Origin: Massalongia carnosa | Lineage: Eukaryota | Reading direction: 5' to 3' | NCBI GenBank assembly: GCA_965645245.1 | Contig: OZ287068.1 | Span: 1,798,001 to 1,862,000, forward strand | Length of the DNA stretch: 64,000 bases | Shown here: in pieces, positions 14,424 to 27,804 of the stretch | How the letters are laid out: every line of letters begins with the position of its first letter | Position numbering within the stretch: the stretch's first letter is position 1 | Translations under genes and position numbers: made by a program | Notes under the pieces: generated by a model | What the model saw: the letters and a program-made list of their open reading frames with translations, nothing else | Told to the model about the DNA's origin: nothing | Database searches by the model: none

Positions 14424-16289
14424 ATGTCCGTCTTTGGCACCTTGCAAAGGTCTACGTGTCGCCATCAGATCTTGACTTTTCTTCAACCCATTCTACAATA
14501 CGGAAGTGTGCCCCTGGCGAGCTCGCAGCAGCAGCAGCAGCGACAATATACTCAACGGAGGAATTCAGAGCCTTGGACGACTGTCAAATATAAGATGGAG
14601 AAATTTTTCATTGATGCCCTTGTTCAGGCATGTTCCTGTCGAGAACATGCTCGCCTTCCATCTACGCGGCCATCAATATCGAAACCTCCATATATCTACC
14701 ATAAAGCCCGCCGAAGACATGATCAAAGCAATTTAAGGCACACCCGATCGGTTCACGTATATGTTCGTCCTTCTGCTACTCATACTAGTGTTTCCAGGGA
14801 TGAATATAAACAAATGCTGGATTATTACCTTGATCCATTAGATGCTCAGCCGCAGAACAAAAATCTTGGGTTATCCATCTTAGCTTTAGCCCCTCTTGAA
14901 GCTCAAAGTCACATGTCAACCTTTCAAGAAAAGGATGCGGACAAGGATTCTACAGGCCCACCGTCGGCAACGGCAAAAGAGGGCGCAAGCGAGGACGAGC
15001 AGGTCATGAAGCGCTTCGTTGGGTATTTAGAAGATGAGAATAGCTCGCAAGAAGAGATAATGCAGGCATATTCTACTTTACCCTACCCCGGAGTCTCGTA
15101 TCTCTCAGATGGCTTGCACCGATTGCTACTACGGCGAATATCCGTTGTGGAGAAGAAAAACTATGAGTCAATGATGCGATATCTCTCAGTCGTGGACGAC
15201 ATGAAGGCCGCCGACCTACCCATGGTAGAAGCAGAATGGAACAGTGCAATCGCATTTGCGGGGCGTTGTTTCACAAAAGTCTCGGCAACTGAGGTGGAGC
15301 TCGCTCTCCGTACTTGGAAAGAAATGGAGCATGAAGCAAAGGTGCAAGGTGGAAACGTTACGTTCAACATTCTCTTCGATATAGCAACTAAAGCCGGCAA
15401 ATTCGTGCTCGCGGAAATGATCCTGAAGGAAATGAACGAACGTAAACTTAGGCTGAATCGATTTGCCCGCGTCGGCATCATTTACTACCACGGCCTGCGC
15501 GGCGACGGCGACGGCGTCCGCCAAGCCTACCGCGCCCTTGTCGACGCCGGCGAAATCATCGATACGGTCGTCATGAATTGCGTCATCGCCTCACTCATCC
15601 GCGCTGGAGAACCCGCTGCCGCGGACCAAGTCTATGAGCGCATGAAAGTCATGTTCACCACCAAAACTGGTTCCCCCGTGCCGCAGGACTGGAAGGCTGT
15701 GCGTGCCTTCGGTCGCGTGCTTGACCGCGCCGCCCGTGTGCTCCGCGCCGACCCCATCCGTCGTCTGCGCCTACAGGACGAAACATGCCTTGCGCCCAAT
15801 CTGCATACGTACGCCATTTTCGTCGAGCACCACGTAGCACACACGGGCGAGCTCCGCCGCATAACCGCCTTGCTGGACGAAATGCAGTTTCTTGGTGTGC
15901 CCATGCACGGCCGTATCTTCGTTAAATTGTTCCGTGGCTTCGCACGCTACGGCGGCGTGCGCTACACGTCGTGGACGCGAGCGCGCCTTGAGAGCGTATG
16001 GGCGGCGCTCCTGATGGCGCTGGATCATTGTACGCCGGACGTGTCGGTGCAGCGGTGGATGGTCGTGTGGGCCGTGCAGGCCTTCGGGAAGTGCTGCGGG
16101 AGGGAGCGCACGTTGGAGGTTTGGGAGGAGTTGCGCTCGAGGTGGAAAGAGGCGAGGGTGGAGGATGAACAGGCGGTGGCTTTCAAGCTAAGGGAGGTTT
16201 TGGGGGAGAGGTCTGGTGGAGATGGTGGTGATTGGGATGAAAGGTATGGTGGGTACAATGATCACGATGCAGGTGGGGGTTCGAGGTAG
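14424..16289 (+). CDS. Pentatricopeptide-repeat (PPR) protein, probably mitochondrial
   Basis: 621-aa ORF with ~35-aa repeats (VTFNILFDIATKAGKFVLAEMILKEM; VVMNCVIASLIRAGEPAAADQVYERM; PNLHTYAIFV); basic N-terminus; start codon uncertain. Confidence 0.85.
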   Translation: MSVFGTLQRSTCRHQILTFLQPILQYGSVPLASSQQQQQRQYTQRRNSEPWTTVKYKMEKFFIDALVQACSCREHARLPSTRPSISKPPYIYHKARRRHDQSNLRHTRSVHVYVRPSATHTSVSRDEYKQMLDYYLDPLDAQPQNKNLGLSILALAPLEAQSHMSTFQEKDADKDSTGPPSATAKEGASEDEQVMKRFVGYLEDENSSQEEIMQAYSTLPYPGVSYLSDGLHRLLLRRISVVEKKNYESMMRYLSVVDDMKAADLPMVEAEWNSAIAFAGRCFTKVSATEVELALRTWKEMEHEAKVQGGNVTFNILFDIATKAGKFVLAEMILKEMNERKLRLNRFARVGIIYYHGLRGDGDGVRQAYRALVDAGEIIDTVVMNCVIASLIRAGEPAAADQVYERMKVMFTTKTGSPVPQDWKAVRAFGRVLDRAARVLRADPIRRLRLQDETCLAPNLHTYAIFVEHHVAHTGELRRITALLDEMQFLGVPMHGRIFVKLFRGFARYGGVRYTSWTRARLESVWAALLMALDHCTPDVSVQRWMVVWAVQAFGKCCGRERTLEVWEELRSRWKEARVEDEQAVAFKLREVLGERSGGDGGDWDERYGGYNDHDAGGGSR

Positions 16290-16520
16290 ATGTATTTTTT
16301 TGTTATGATGCGCTGTACAGAAAGCTCAAGGAATATGGGATGGAGTTACCGTTTGGCTAGAGATTATGGTTGAACGCCTCCGCTTTGAGGATTTTGAAAT
16401 GGTCATTGGTCGCATGTTAACAAAATGTATATGATATTGCATAGAGACTTACGACTCACGCCGTAGCACCTTCAATACTCCAAATCTATTTGCTACTCCC
16501 ATATAAACTCCCAAGCGCGT

Positions 16521-18131
<1,611 letters not shown>

Positions 18132-18601
18132 CTACAACGATCAATGAATAGTACATCAAATCGCTTGGAATTTGCAAGGGTGCTTTGCAAGATTCCAAAT
18201 CACGACAACAAAATCGAAGTTTATCCTTTTTAGCTAAGATTGACGGAGCCTATCATTCGATAGTATGTGTAACTAATACTGTAGCTAGAAAAGGTTGACT
18301 TATCTAGGTAGTTTGGGGTTCTGGTCGTTATAATTGTAAGTTAAGAGTATTGAAGAGTTCATGACGATGACAAACAAACTCCGAATATAAACTCCGGGCG
18401 AGCTCCTTTTGTTGTGACAATTTTCCGCATTTTCACCTCGAGTTTGAAAAACTGGCATTTCATCAAGTTTTTCGTTAATTGTTTATCCGTGAGATTTTTA
18501 TTGCTGAATAGCCACGTAAAGTATACAAACGCAAAGTATCCTGCTTGGGCACTTTTAAGGGCTTCTACGAGCCGGCGAAATTTTTTTGACTGGCGCAATG
18601 T

Positions 18602-19579
18602 ATGGCTTTCAAGCTTTCCTGGCTCAGCACCTGCAAAGCTTCCCAGCTAAAAGCCATTGCGAGCGCTACAGGCATCAATTCCAGTGGCACCAAACCAGCC
18701 CTTACCTTGCGCCTCCTCCAAGAACTTTCAGAGTCAAAATTCAGCCTACTGAAAGATGAGAAGTCGAAAGCGCCGAAGCCCTACAACATTGTCAGTATCG
18801 ATATGGGCATCCGAAATCTCGCATACTGCCGCTTCACGCTCCCTGGCAGTTGGAAAACAGCCGGCAAAGTCATTGTTCCAACCATCCATGACTGGACCCG
18901 CATCGCCATTTCTCAGAAGACTGCCCTGACAGATGGACCCGTTATTGCAAAAGTGAAAGAGCCCTTCGACCCAGCGACCTATTCACAGCACGCTCACGAC
19001 CTCATCACCTCTTTCCTTAGCTCCCGTCCGACCCAAGTTTTAATCGAGCGCCAGCGCTTTCGCTCCATGGGCGGCTCTTCAGTCCAGGAATGGACGCTGC
19101 GCGTCAACATGTTCGAAGCTATGCTTTACGCTGTGCTGAAAACCTATTCTGCCCTTGGGCTGTGGAGTGGAGCTGTGTACCCCGTTGTGCCAAAGAAGGT
19201 GTCCAAATTCTGGCTAGGCGATGCGGAAGGCAGAAACGAACTGGGGTCGGGGTTGAAGAGCGCGAAGACGAAGACGGCAAAGATTGAGCTTGTGGGGCGG
19301 TGGTTGGAGGAGGCAAACACTAGAAGCTTTGAGCTAAAGGGAAAGGCGGCGGAGACGGGGCGGGCGTATTTGGAGAAGAGGAAGGGAAGGAGGAAGGCGG
19401 CTAAGGACGAGGAGATGAAGGAAGCGGAAAGGATGAATTCGGCGCCGGCGGATGTAGGGAAACTCGACGATTTAGCGGACTGTTTGTTGCAAGGGATGGC
19501 GTGGATCCAGTGGGAGCAGAATAGGAGGATGATAGTTTCCGAGGGTTTGGAGGCAATGGAGAAGCTTGAGAGCTACTGA
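18602..19579 (+). CDS. CCE1: Mitochondrial Holliday junction resolvase Cce1/Ydc2 (SAP domain plus RuvC-like)
   Basis: SAP domain (LKAIASATGINSSGTKPAL), IVSIDMGIRNLAYC, VLIERQRFRS, KLDDLADCLLQG. Confidence 0.93.
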   Translation: MAFKLSWLSTCKASQLKAIASATGINSSGTKPALTLRLLQELSESKFSLLKDEKSKAPKPYNIVSIDMGIRNLAYCRFTLPGSWKTAGKVIVPTIHDWTRIAISQKTALTDGPVIAKVKEPFDPATYSQHAHDLITSFLSSRPTQVLIERQRFRSMGGSSVQEWTLRVNMFEAMLYAVLKTYSALGLWSGAVYPVVPKKVSKFWLGDAEGRNELGSGLKSAKTKTAKIELVGRWLEEANTRSFELKGKAAETGRAYLEKRKGRRKAAKDEEMKEAERMNSAPADVGKLDDLADCLLQGMAWIQWEQNRRMIVSEGLEAMEKLESY

Positions 19580-19709
19580 ATTTATATACCCTAGATATGG
19601 CGATACAAGTTCCGTTTGTCATCTGAAGCCAATTGGGATGAAAACCCAAAAAAGAAGTCGTGAATAATAGTTGTAGCCAAAAGAAAACACAGATGCATCA
19701 AGTAAGTTT

Positions 19710-20594
19710 TTAGCTTGATGGCTCTATAGCTACTTGCCGAGCTGATGAACTGCTCGTTCCTTTCGACTTCTTATATCTCTTCGCCTTCAGGGTCTGTGTT
19801 TCCTCGCTAAGCACAGCAACTTCTCTCTTAGACTCCTTGCGCCTCTTCACTTTTGTGATCTTTGACTTCTTACCAATCAAAGCCATCTTGTCTCCTTTAG
19901 ATGTTTCATGATTCTTCACCTCCGTAGTCGTTGTTTCGCCACTGATTGTAGACATTTCGGGCCCTTTTTCTCCGCTTGGAAGTGGGCTATTTTCTTCCTC
20001 CTTCTCTTCTAGGATTTCATCTGTAGCCGCTTCTTCCATCTTGATCTCCTTTGTGCCCTCCCGGACCGGCACCTCGTCTAACTCCTTTAGCTCACCGCCC
20101 TCAAACTCATACCCCAACTCCCTCATCGCTTCAAGTTTTCCCTCTCGCCTCTTCTTCTCCATCCTTATCCTTTTCTCCCATTCCTCTCTTCGCATCGCCA
20201 TTCCCATCTTCCGCCCTTCGATCTTGTTCCACGGTACGGTCTTGAACCGCTTATTGGCGCCCTTCCACAAATCAGCGTGCAGTTGCTCCACTGGCGCCAC
20301 TTTGCATTTCAGAATATGTCCGAATAGGAGATATTTGTCCATTGTGTTGGCAACGATCTTCGCCACGGCGGGGGACTCGAACTCCAGGAAGGCATAGTGC
20401 TTGGATTTTCCAGTTTTGCGATTACGAGATAGGCGTAGACGGTTGATGGGCCCGAACTGGCTGAAGTATGCGCGCATTTGGTGCTCATAAAATCCATGGG
20501 GGATACATCTGGGTTTGGGGTTTAGCAATGGATTCGTTTGGGGTTACACAAGGGCTTACCCAACATAAACTACCCGACTCTCGGATTCTGGCAT
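19710..20594 (-). CDS. NOP15: Nucleolar RRM protein Nop15 (60S biogenesis)
   Basis: Exon 1 MPESESRVVYVG (20594-20560), GTAAGC intron, then CIPHGFYEHQMRAYFSQFG..LRLSRNRKTGKSKHYAFLEF..MDKYLLFGHILKC..LWKGANKRF. Confidence 0.88.
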
Positions 20595-20816
20595 TGCTGC
20601 GAGTGAAATGATGGAATAGAAAGACCTGATCAGAGGTGTCTGGCGCAACTCTGATGGTTTTGAGTGGGGCAGAAGCTGGTCAGGTTTTTTACCGACAACC
20701 GGCTTCCGGACAAAGCCCAGATCCTGACTAGTTAACTAGTTATCCGCAGCTAGTCTAAAATTGGACTTTGGAGGGTTGGAGTGGATCTGGAAGGACATGG
20801 TCAAGCACCATTAATC

Positions 20817-21577
20817 ATGGGGAAAAGAAAAAAGCAGCTATCGCATGCAGAACTCTGGGATGATTCAGCTTTACAGAGATCATGGGATGATGCGCTTTCG
20901 GAATACAAGGTTTGTTTATAGGTTCTACGGACGGTTCTATCAAAATTTTCACTGAATTATCATGTGAAGTTATATCATAGCATACATGCTCGAGGCGAAC
21001 GGGTAGAGGATGTTCTTAGGGAAGCTGAGCGGCAATCCGATACCAACGCTGAGGCAAGAGTGGGAGATACAGTGATGAACGGGAACGACATGGACCATCA
21101 AGGGAGTGCGAACCAAATCGGTGATGTTCCAGCCGAGGAACTGGAGGATGGCGAAGTTGAAGAGGAGACTGAGAATCAGATACCCGTCATTGATGTCTGT
21201 TTCTCATTCCAAAGGCTGTATCATAAGAGTTGTCTCGGAGCATTGATCAATACTAAACTATGTGTCAAACAGGCGTCGGCGCCCATTCAGCCTCCGCCTT
21301 CCAGCTATTTACCTGATAAAAGCGCAGCACAGCCTCCCGAAAATATCCCAGACATACCGCAGCTGGCTCTTTCGAATGGTGAGACTTCTGCCTATGGCTG
21401 CTGCATATAAATGGGGAGGAATAAGTAACATCTTGCGCAGTCAAAAATCAAGGGCTCAGGAACCTAATGATGTCCTGGTACTACGCTGGATACTATACTG
21501 GACTTCATGAGGGTCAACAGCAATCGACCGACGTCGCCGCTTCGAGTCTCAAGGACGAGGGCAAAGGAGGGGGCTGA
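20817..21577 (+). CDS. SMN1: Survival motor neuron-like protein (Gemin2-binding N-terminus plus YG box, no Tudor domain seen)
   Basis: MGKRKKQLSHAELWDDSALQRSWDDALSEYK|LYHSIH... and last exon NQGLRNLMMSWYYAGYYTGLHEGQ (YG box). Confidence 0.9.
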
Positions 21578-22427
21578 GTAAATAATTTCCCTACCCGCCG
21601 CATCTTTTGAGGATCATTATCGCAAGGTGACGATATGGCATATTCTTGAGGATCAGGAAGTTCATGTAGAAAGTACGCTGGAAGCTGCTGAGCCGTTTGT
21701 GGATAAGGCTAGGTAGCTATTTTGCCACAAGGACAGTTTTTCGAGACTAACAGGGATAAGGCGCACAGTATTGCGAATTCTGATCGATCATGCAATCATT
21801 TGATAATTACGATGCTCTAGCTTGTGACGTTGTACTCTGTACGGAGTAGTCTTTACCCGTTATAGCTGTGGCGCTTAGGCTTGGCTGGTACTCAAGTAAA
21901 GTCTTCGAAACGCAAGCGAGTACATTCGAAACACGTCTGAGACAGGGCAACCACAAGATTCCATTATCATGCAAGGCCATTTTGGGACCTTAGCGCCGTT
22001 CTGGACAAAGGCTTGGTTTCGTGGATGGAAATAGAGGGCGCTAAACTTCAATAGCGGCTTTTGATATGCTGGAGTCCAGTATTTTGATCCATGCGCTGTA
22101 GAGCATTTGACACCACTGGTGTCGCATCGAGCTCCCAGCCAACCTGAGGTGTATGATAATGCTCGAATAAAACTCCATCGATTCCTGTCTTCCGGCTGTC
22201 TGATTCCAGTCTCTGTTTATCATTTTTCTTGACCGTCTTTCATTCTTTACTGCTTTCCTACTTTCATTTATCTCACGAGCAGGCCCTCGAGATCATACTT
22301 CACTATTAATCTATTATATGAATCCAGTCTTTCCAGATCTCGTTGTTAAAATTCCGCTCAATACGACGCAGCTGGCATTGCAGTCTCCCCCAACAGCCAG
22401 AAATTACTTTCAATCCACTTCTATAGA

Positions 22428-23526
22428 ATGACTCGATTAACTTATCTTGCTGTATGCTTTGTCGGCTATCTAGCTCATTACAGCGTAGCCGAAAAGAATA
22501 GCCGTGGTTATACATATGGAGACAAAGGGCAATCCAAAGATGACGCTGGTTCGAATGGCGAAGTCATCAACATTACTTACAACGTCGCCCCCAAGGGTCA
22601 GGATGGCTCATCACCAGTCCAGAATGTGGCAGCTCCTCAATCAACGGTAGCAATGACACATCAGGTATATAGAAGACATATCCTCTACTTTTGGTTAGAT
22701 GGCTCACCCGGTATCTCCTACAGGTCTTTGTCGGAGGCGCTGCAGGTCTAGTCTTCACCCCGAATACTATTCAAGCAGCCGTTGGCGACACTGTCCAATT
22801 TAATTTCATGTCTAAAAATCATACTGTCACCCAGTCAAGTTTTGCAAAGCCATGTGTTAAATTGGCGGAAGGGGTTGACTCCGGGTTTTTGGCCAACCCG
22901 GACAATTTAAAAAACCCGCCACCATCGTTCCTTTTTGCTGTAAAGGACAAGAAGCCTACATGTAAGCCCGTCTTTAGCCACTGTTCGGTCTCAAGATGAT
23001 ATCGACTGACAGTCTACAGGGTTCTATTGTAGACAAAAGGGCCATTGCGGGATGGGCATGACCTTTAGCATCAACCCAACAGCCAACAAGACTCAGGATC
23101 AATTCACGCAGCTGGCCATACAGCAAAATGGAACAGTCGGCAGGGGATACGGTGCTGGTGGAAACTTATCTGCGCCCTCAGCAGTTGTATCGTCACTCCC
23201 ATCTGCATCGTTACCGGCGATTGTTTCGCCGCCTCCGCCTGCAAACCTCGCCGTAACTCCATCAGTAATACTCGCCCCTCCAGCAGCAACGCAACTTGCT
23301 ACTGGGAGCGGTGATAGCAGTGGCAGTGGCAGTGGCAGTGGCAGCGGCAGTGGTAACGGAGATTCGGGATCATGCTCTTGTTCGTGCCTTTGTGGAACCG
23401 CCGCATTTCCTGCGGGTGCAGGAATCGGGATGTATGGGGGAATGCCAGGTTAGACCTTGCGCTCCAGCATACAAGCTGAAATGTCACTAATACCGTGTTG
23501 CCATAGGAGCAGTACCTGCATCATAA
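22428..23526 (+). CDS. Secreted cupredoxin-like, Ser/Gly-rich protein
   Basis: Signal-peptide-like N-terminus; V.VGG.AGLVFTPNTIQAAVGDTVQFNF..KNHTVTQSSF.KPC; W|FYCRQ.GHCGMGMTFSIN; CSCSCLCG tail. Confidence 0.85.
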
Positions 23527-24722
23527 AGAGAAAACTATAGAAGCTGATATTGCTCTGAACGGGTTTGGTTGGAATATTGAATTCGGTGCTTTTCTTACTT
23601 TTAGTCCGGTATCCGGAGTCCTTGAGGGCTTTTATACCCCATATGTAATTTTTACAGATTTGATCTGTATATCAGGGAAGAGAAATAGAGTCTCTCGCCC
23701 GAATACTAAAGCATAGATAGAGACACAAAGCCGCCTTATGCTGAGCTTTTGTTCCTATGCAAAGTGCTCTAAGCCGGTAACCAGGCATAGGCATTCGTAA
23801 AAGGGGCTCGAATGACCAATCAAAAAATATCCAGCCCTGCTAGTTAGTTACCCCCTAACACCAAACCTGAAAGTACGCTGTCTAGATATTCCTTCACATA
23901 TTTCAATCGTCATCGTCATACACGTGCCCTAGAGTACTCTTCCATTTCCAGGTGCACATCTCGAGCTGACGCAGAAAGAGCTTCTATCAGCCTTTTCTAA
24001 TCCCCAGCACTGTCCTCTTTCTTGCGTGAGCTGCTGGGGTTCGCTTTACGGGCGTACAGATGTTTCCTCGTGGTTTTTCCTCGTGGTTTTGTCTCCATAT
24101 TCTACACCTAAGATTTGTTTGATTCGAAAGCAAAGGGGATCAATTGTATTCCGTATCAATGAATAACTGAGGAATAACATCGAGGTAGTTAACGCACAAC
24201 AAACCAAGCTAGATTCAAAACACTATCTATTTCATTTCATGGATTGATGGTTTGTTCGCCCCTAATGACGGTCTCTGGCTTATGGGACTAGGTACAAGTT
24301 TCAGTGGCTTTCTTTTCTTTCAATTCTCTGAGCCCATGCCCCACCTGTAATGACCACCCACCTACCTTACCTACGATGATTAACCGGAACTTTCCGAGAA
24401 CACTGGCCATTTCATCTAGGCCGGCCTTCTTTCGTTCTTCTCTTCTCCATCCTTCGCTAACATACTTACTCTTGTTATTATCATGCCTCCACTGAGTTGT
24501 TTATGTATTCCAGGCAATTATCGATATTCCTTCTGAATTGTCTTTGGTTTTCTTGATCTCTTTCTTGATTACATGACCAGGCGTGTTTCATGTCTTCGGC
24601 CTTTGGCCATTGCATATGTTTGTACAAGACAGGACCTAATGAGTACATTCTGACGTGAGCTCAGAGTATTGAAGCAACATCTCCATCACCATTTTTTGGT
24701 AACGAACCAAAATCGATCGATT

Positions 24723-25307
24723 ATGTGGGGTGTTCCGACTAGAGGGCTGTTGTCCATGATCCCGGAAGAGCTTCGTCAACAAATTATCAGTGAACTCAGT
24801 TACCACGATGCATGGGCACTAAAACAGACTTCGAGGCTGTTTGCAAGAGTGGTCCAAATTCCAACAGTAAAGAGTTTCCTCCTCCTCCCGGAGGGCAAAG
24901 CACTGTTTATCCTCCGGGAGTCTGAGGTCATACCTTTCAGCCACGAGCTCTGTTGCTATTGCCGTCGCCTACTTCATTTCTCCTGTTACGGACGTGAAAA
25001 GCGTCGTGAATTTACATTGAGACGTGCGTCTCTCAATTACGAAGAATGGGATTTCAAGAACCAATTTTGCCTTGAATGTGGTGTCGCACACATGAAATAT
25101 ATGCCAGGTCAGAGAATCCTTACAGGGTTTGGAGAAGCAGGTTCGAAAAACGAGGCAGTGGTTTCGTGCTGGCATTGTGGCACCCTCACTGACTTCAAAT
25201 ACCGTACTTGCGAAGCATGTTCTTTGCCTTGGAGTGGATCTATGGGGAAGAAAACCTCGCAATCTGGCTACGTATATGTGGGTGATATGGGTGAAATATC
25301 AGTATAG
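24723..25307 (+). CDS. F-box protein with Cys-rich C-terminus
   Basis: LLSMIPEELRQQIISELSYHDAWALKQTSRLF is F-box-like; several CxxC pairs follow; gene ends uncertain. Confidence 0.65.
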   Translation: MWGVPTRGLLSMIPEELRQQIISELSYHDAWALKQTSRLFARVVQIPTVKSFLLLPEGKALFILRESEVIPFSHELCCYCRRLLHFSCYGREKRREFTLRRASLNYEEWDFKNQFCLECGVAHMKYMPGQRILTGFGEAGSKNEAVVSCWHCGTLTDFKYRTCEACSLPWSGSMGKKTSQSGYVYVGDMGEISV

Positions 25308-25994
25308 CCTCGGCTCTCCTACGTATACAGAAATACCGTCAACCAATATACATTATCCTGGGTTTGGCTTGTATCATGCGCCCAGGGACTTCAATCTCAA
25401 TTGCTTGCTCTAGAGGCTATTGATAACCGCACTCACCAGCGGTAGTTTCTTTCAGTTCTCCCATATGAACTTGCTCGATAAGTAAAACCTTGACATCATC
25501 ACAAGATTCATGCATGTTCAACATGGTGGAAAGACTTTTTCTGATAAAAAGGATGTGGGTTTCCCGTAAGGCTCTAAAGCTCGTCTACAATACTAAGTTT
25601 TCTAACATGAGTTTCTAAGATACGTTATATCTTGATCACCTTAATTGAGTCATCGAAACACGATGTGTGTACATATAGAGATCTGGATAATATGAGAGGT
25701 ATCAGATTGGACTAGGAGGATAGCTATAGCGGGAGGGAGAATCCTTCATAGATTATTAGAGGGCATAACTACATATGAGTATTGATTTCAGCCATTGCTG
25801 TAGGTTCCAATCAACAAGCATGGAAATAGTTCAGAAATTAACAGCCTTGTTAACTATATCACCAATCACGTTCAAGATTCGCATGAGTTTTTAGCAGCTC
25901 CAAGTTAGCTCGTGTTGCTGTTGTGCTGCATATTTCTCCCTATATTAGATATGGAGTACTTGGTTTCAATACCTAATCCAACCCACGATATTAA

Positions 25995-26582
25995 ATGTCA
26001 ACTATCATGAGGCAAAAGATTGATGATTCCTTCGATAAATTACTTGAACTCGAAGATACATTCTACAATGAAGGTTACGATCTTGGGGTTGCGGACGGCA
26101 AACAAGCAGGGCTCATTGAAGGTCGCTTCTTTGGCCTCGAAAAAGGGTTTGAGAAATATGCCAGCATAGGCCGACTGCATGGCAAAGTAACAATCTGGGC
26201 AGGGAGGTTGTCGCCGAAGCAATCTGGAGTCCAAACCAACGGCGATCTCAAAGACACGGCGCTAACGGATCCGCCGGAACATAAGAGCATCCTTCCTGCG
26301 CTGGCGGACAATCTACGACTGGAAAAGCACGTTCGTACCCTCTACGCCCTGGTTGAGCCAGGGAGCCTCTCGACCGAAAATACCGAGGAGGCCGTCTCTG
26401 ACTTTGATGACCGACTCAAAAGAGCGGAAGGAAAGGTGAAGATCATTGAGAGGATCACAGCAGAATTGGATCTAGGCGTGTCTGGCTACCTGGACGTTTT
26501 CAAAGCAGCTCCCATGATTAAACAGAGGATTAGTGGAGATGGCAGCATCGAAGACGCAAGCAGTCTTCAACCTAGGCACTGA
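25995..26582 (+). CDS. LTO1: Lto1/ORAOV1-like (Yae1-type GX3-repeat) Fe-S assembly adaptor
   Basis: FDKLLELEDTFYNEGYDLGVADGKQAGLIEGRFFGLEKGFEKY: repeated GX3 motif. Confidence 0.8.
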   Translation: MSTIMRQKIDDSFDKLLELEDTFYNEGYDLGVADGKQAGLIEGRFFGLEKGFEKYASIGRLHGKVTIWAGRLSPKQSGVQTNGDLKDTALTDPPEHKSILPALADNLRLEKHVRTLYALVEPGSLSTENTEEAVSDFDDRLKRAEGKVKIIERITAELDLGVSGYLDVFKAAPMIKQRISGDGSIEDASSLQPRH

Positions 26583-27804
26583 TTTTTATCGCATTCCGGC
26601 TACGAAAGTCGCTCATATCTGTAAAACAGCAGCAACGCTACGCCAGAGTAAGCTCTTCAAGTTCAAGGACTGCGGGCGTCTTTGACGTGTGTTCATAGAG
26701 TACCCTCCCGTTAATATTTGTTGCCCCAGCTTTGCGGTCACCTACGCCATTCCCCACACTCTTTCAGTATGATTTTTATGCTTAGAATGCTTCAGATGTC
26801 AGTCTGTTGTAAGAGAGACCTTGGATACACTGTCCTTACCATGACCCTGTCGAGTATAGCGTTATCATGAATTAATAGAAACAGCAGCTGGTTTCAGGTG
26901 GCTCAGGTGGTCATTTTGGGGTTGGAATCGGAAGGCTAGCTGTGGTGGCTTAAATATATATTGCAGGTGGTCTCGCACCGTGCCAGCAATGAACTTTTCG
27001 TACGAGAAACTCTTGAAGCATGAAGGCTGTTCTATAAAACTACCTAGTCGTGTTTGTGCCAGTTTGTTTCTTACCTCCAACCAGTCTCCAATGAAGCTCT
27101 GGGAACTTCCCTTTTTTACGCATTCTTTTTAATACCCGGGGGCTATTGTTTGTGACTATCTTTCTCGTCATTGCTATTGCCCAGACTAGCATTCTTATTC
27201 CTGTTGCCTAAATTAGCAGTAAGTTGTTTTTTCTATGTTGTCGAAGCCAGCCTCAACCAATCCAACAGCATCGCCATTTCGCCGTCTAGCAAAACCCTCT
27301 TGTCCCTGACTCCGAGTCCATAGCTGGCCCTCTTTTAGCCACTATTGGCTCATAGGGCTCTTTCTCCAATGCCCTCGGTAAGCGAACCATCTATGGATAC
27401 GCTTTCCGCGATAGCGGAACGTCACTGATGAACGAATGGCCCATCTTCCTTGCCTAGGATTACGTGCCGGACAGGTTTAGAGTGGCCAAGAATGAACATA
27501 TTGTCATGGGAGCTGGAAAAGGGTTTGATGTGTTATTCGAGGGAACGTTGTTGTTACGGGTGCAGAACTTGCATGGGCAGGTAAGGATGCCAAGACGTAA
27601 TTGGTGATGGGCCAATGGGGGGGTTCTACCAAATGGAGTAGGATCTTTAGGGGCAGGCACTCCAGTATGAAAGGGTCAAGCATCAGTACTTTTATTACTC
27701 GAGTTCACCCCCATTTGCAACACGCCAAAATTTACTTCGGCAAAACGACTCAGTAGTATTTGAAGATTGGGAATACGACTCTTTTACCTACTCTCGGGTA
27801 CTTA

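Noticed and set aside
26600..27760. Decayed gene on the minus strand next to the Tc1-like element
   Set aside because: Only short broken frames with no identifiable family
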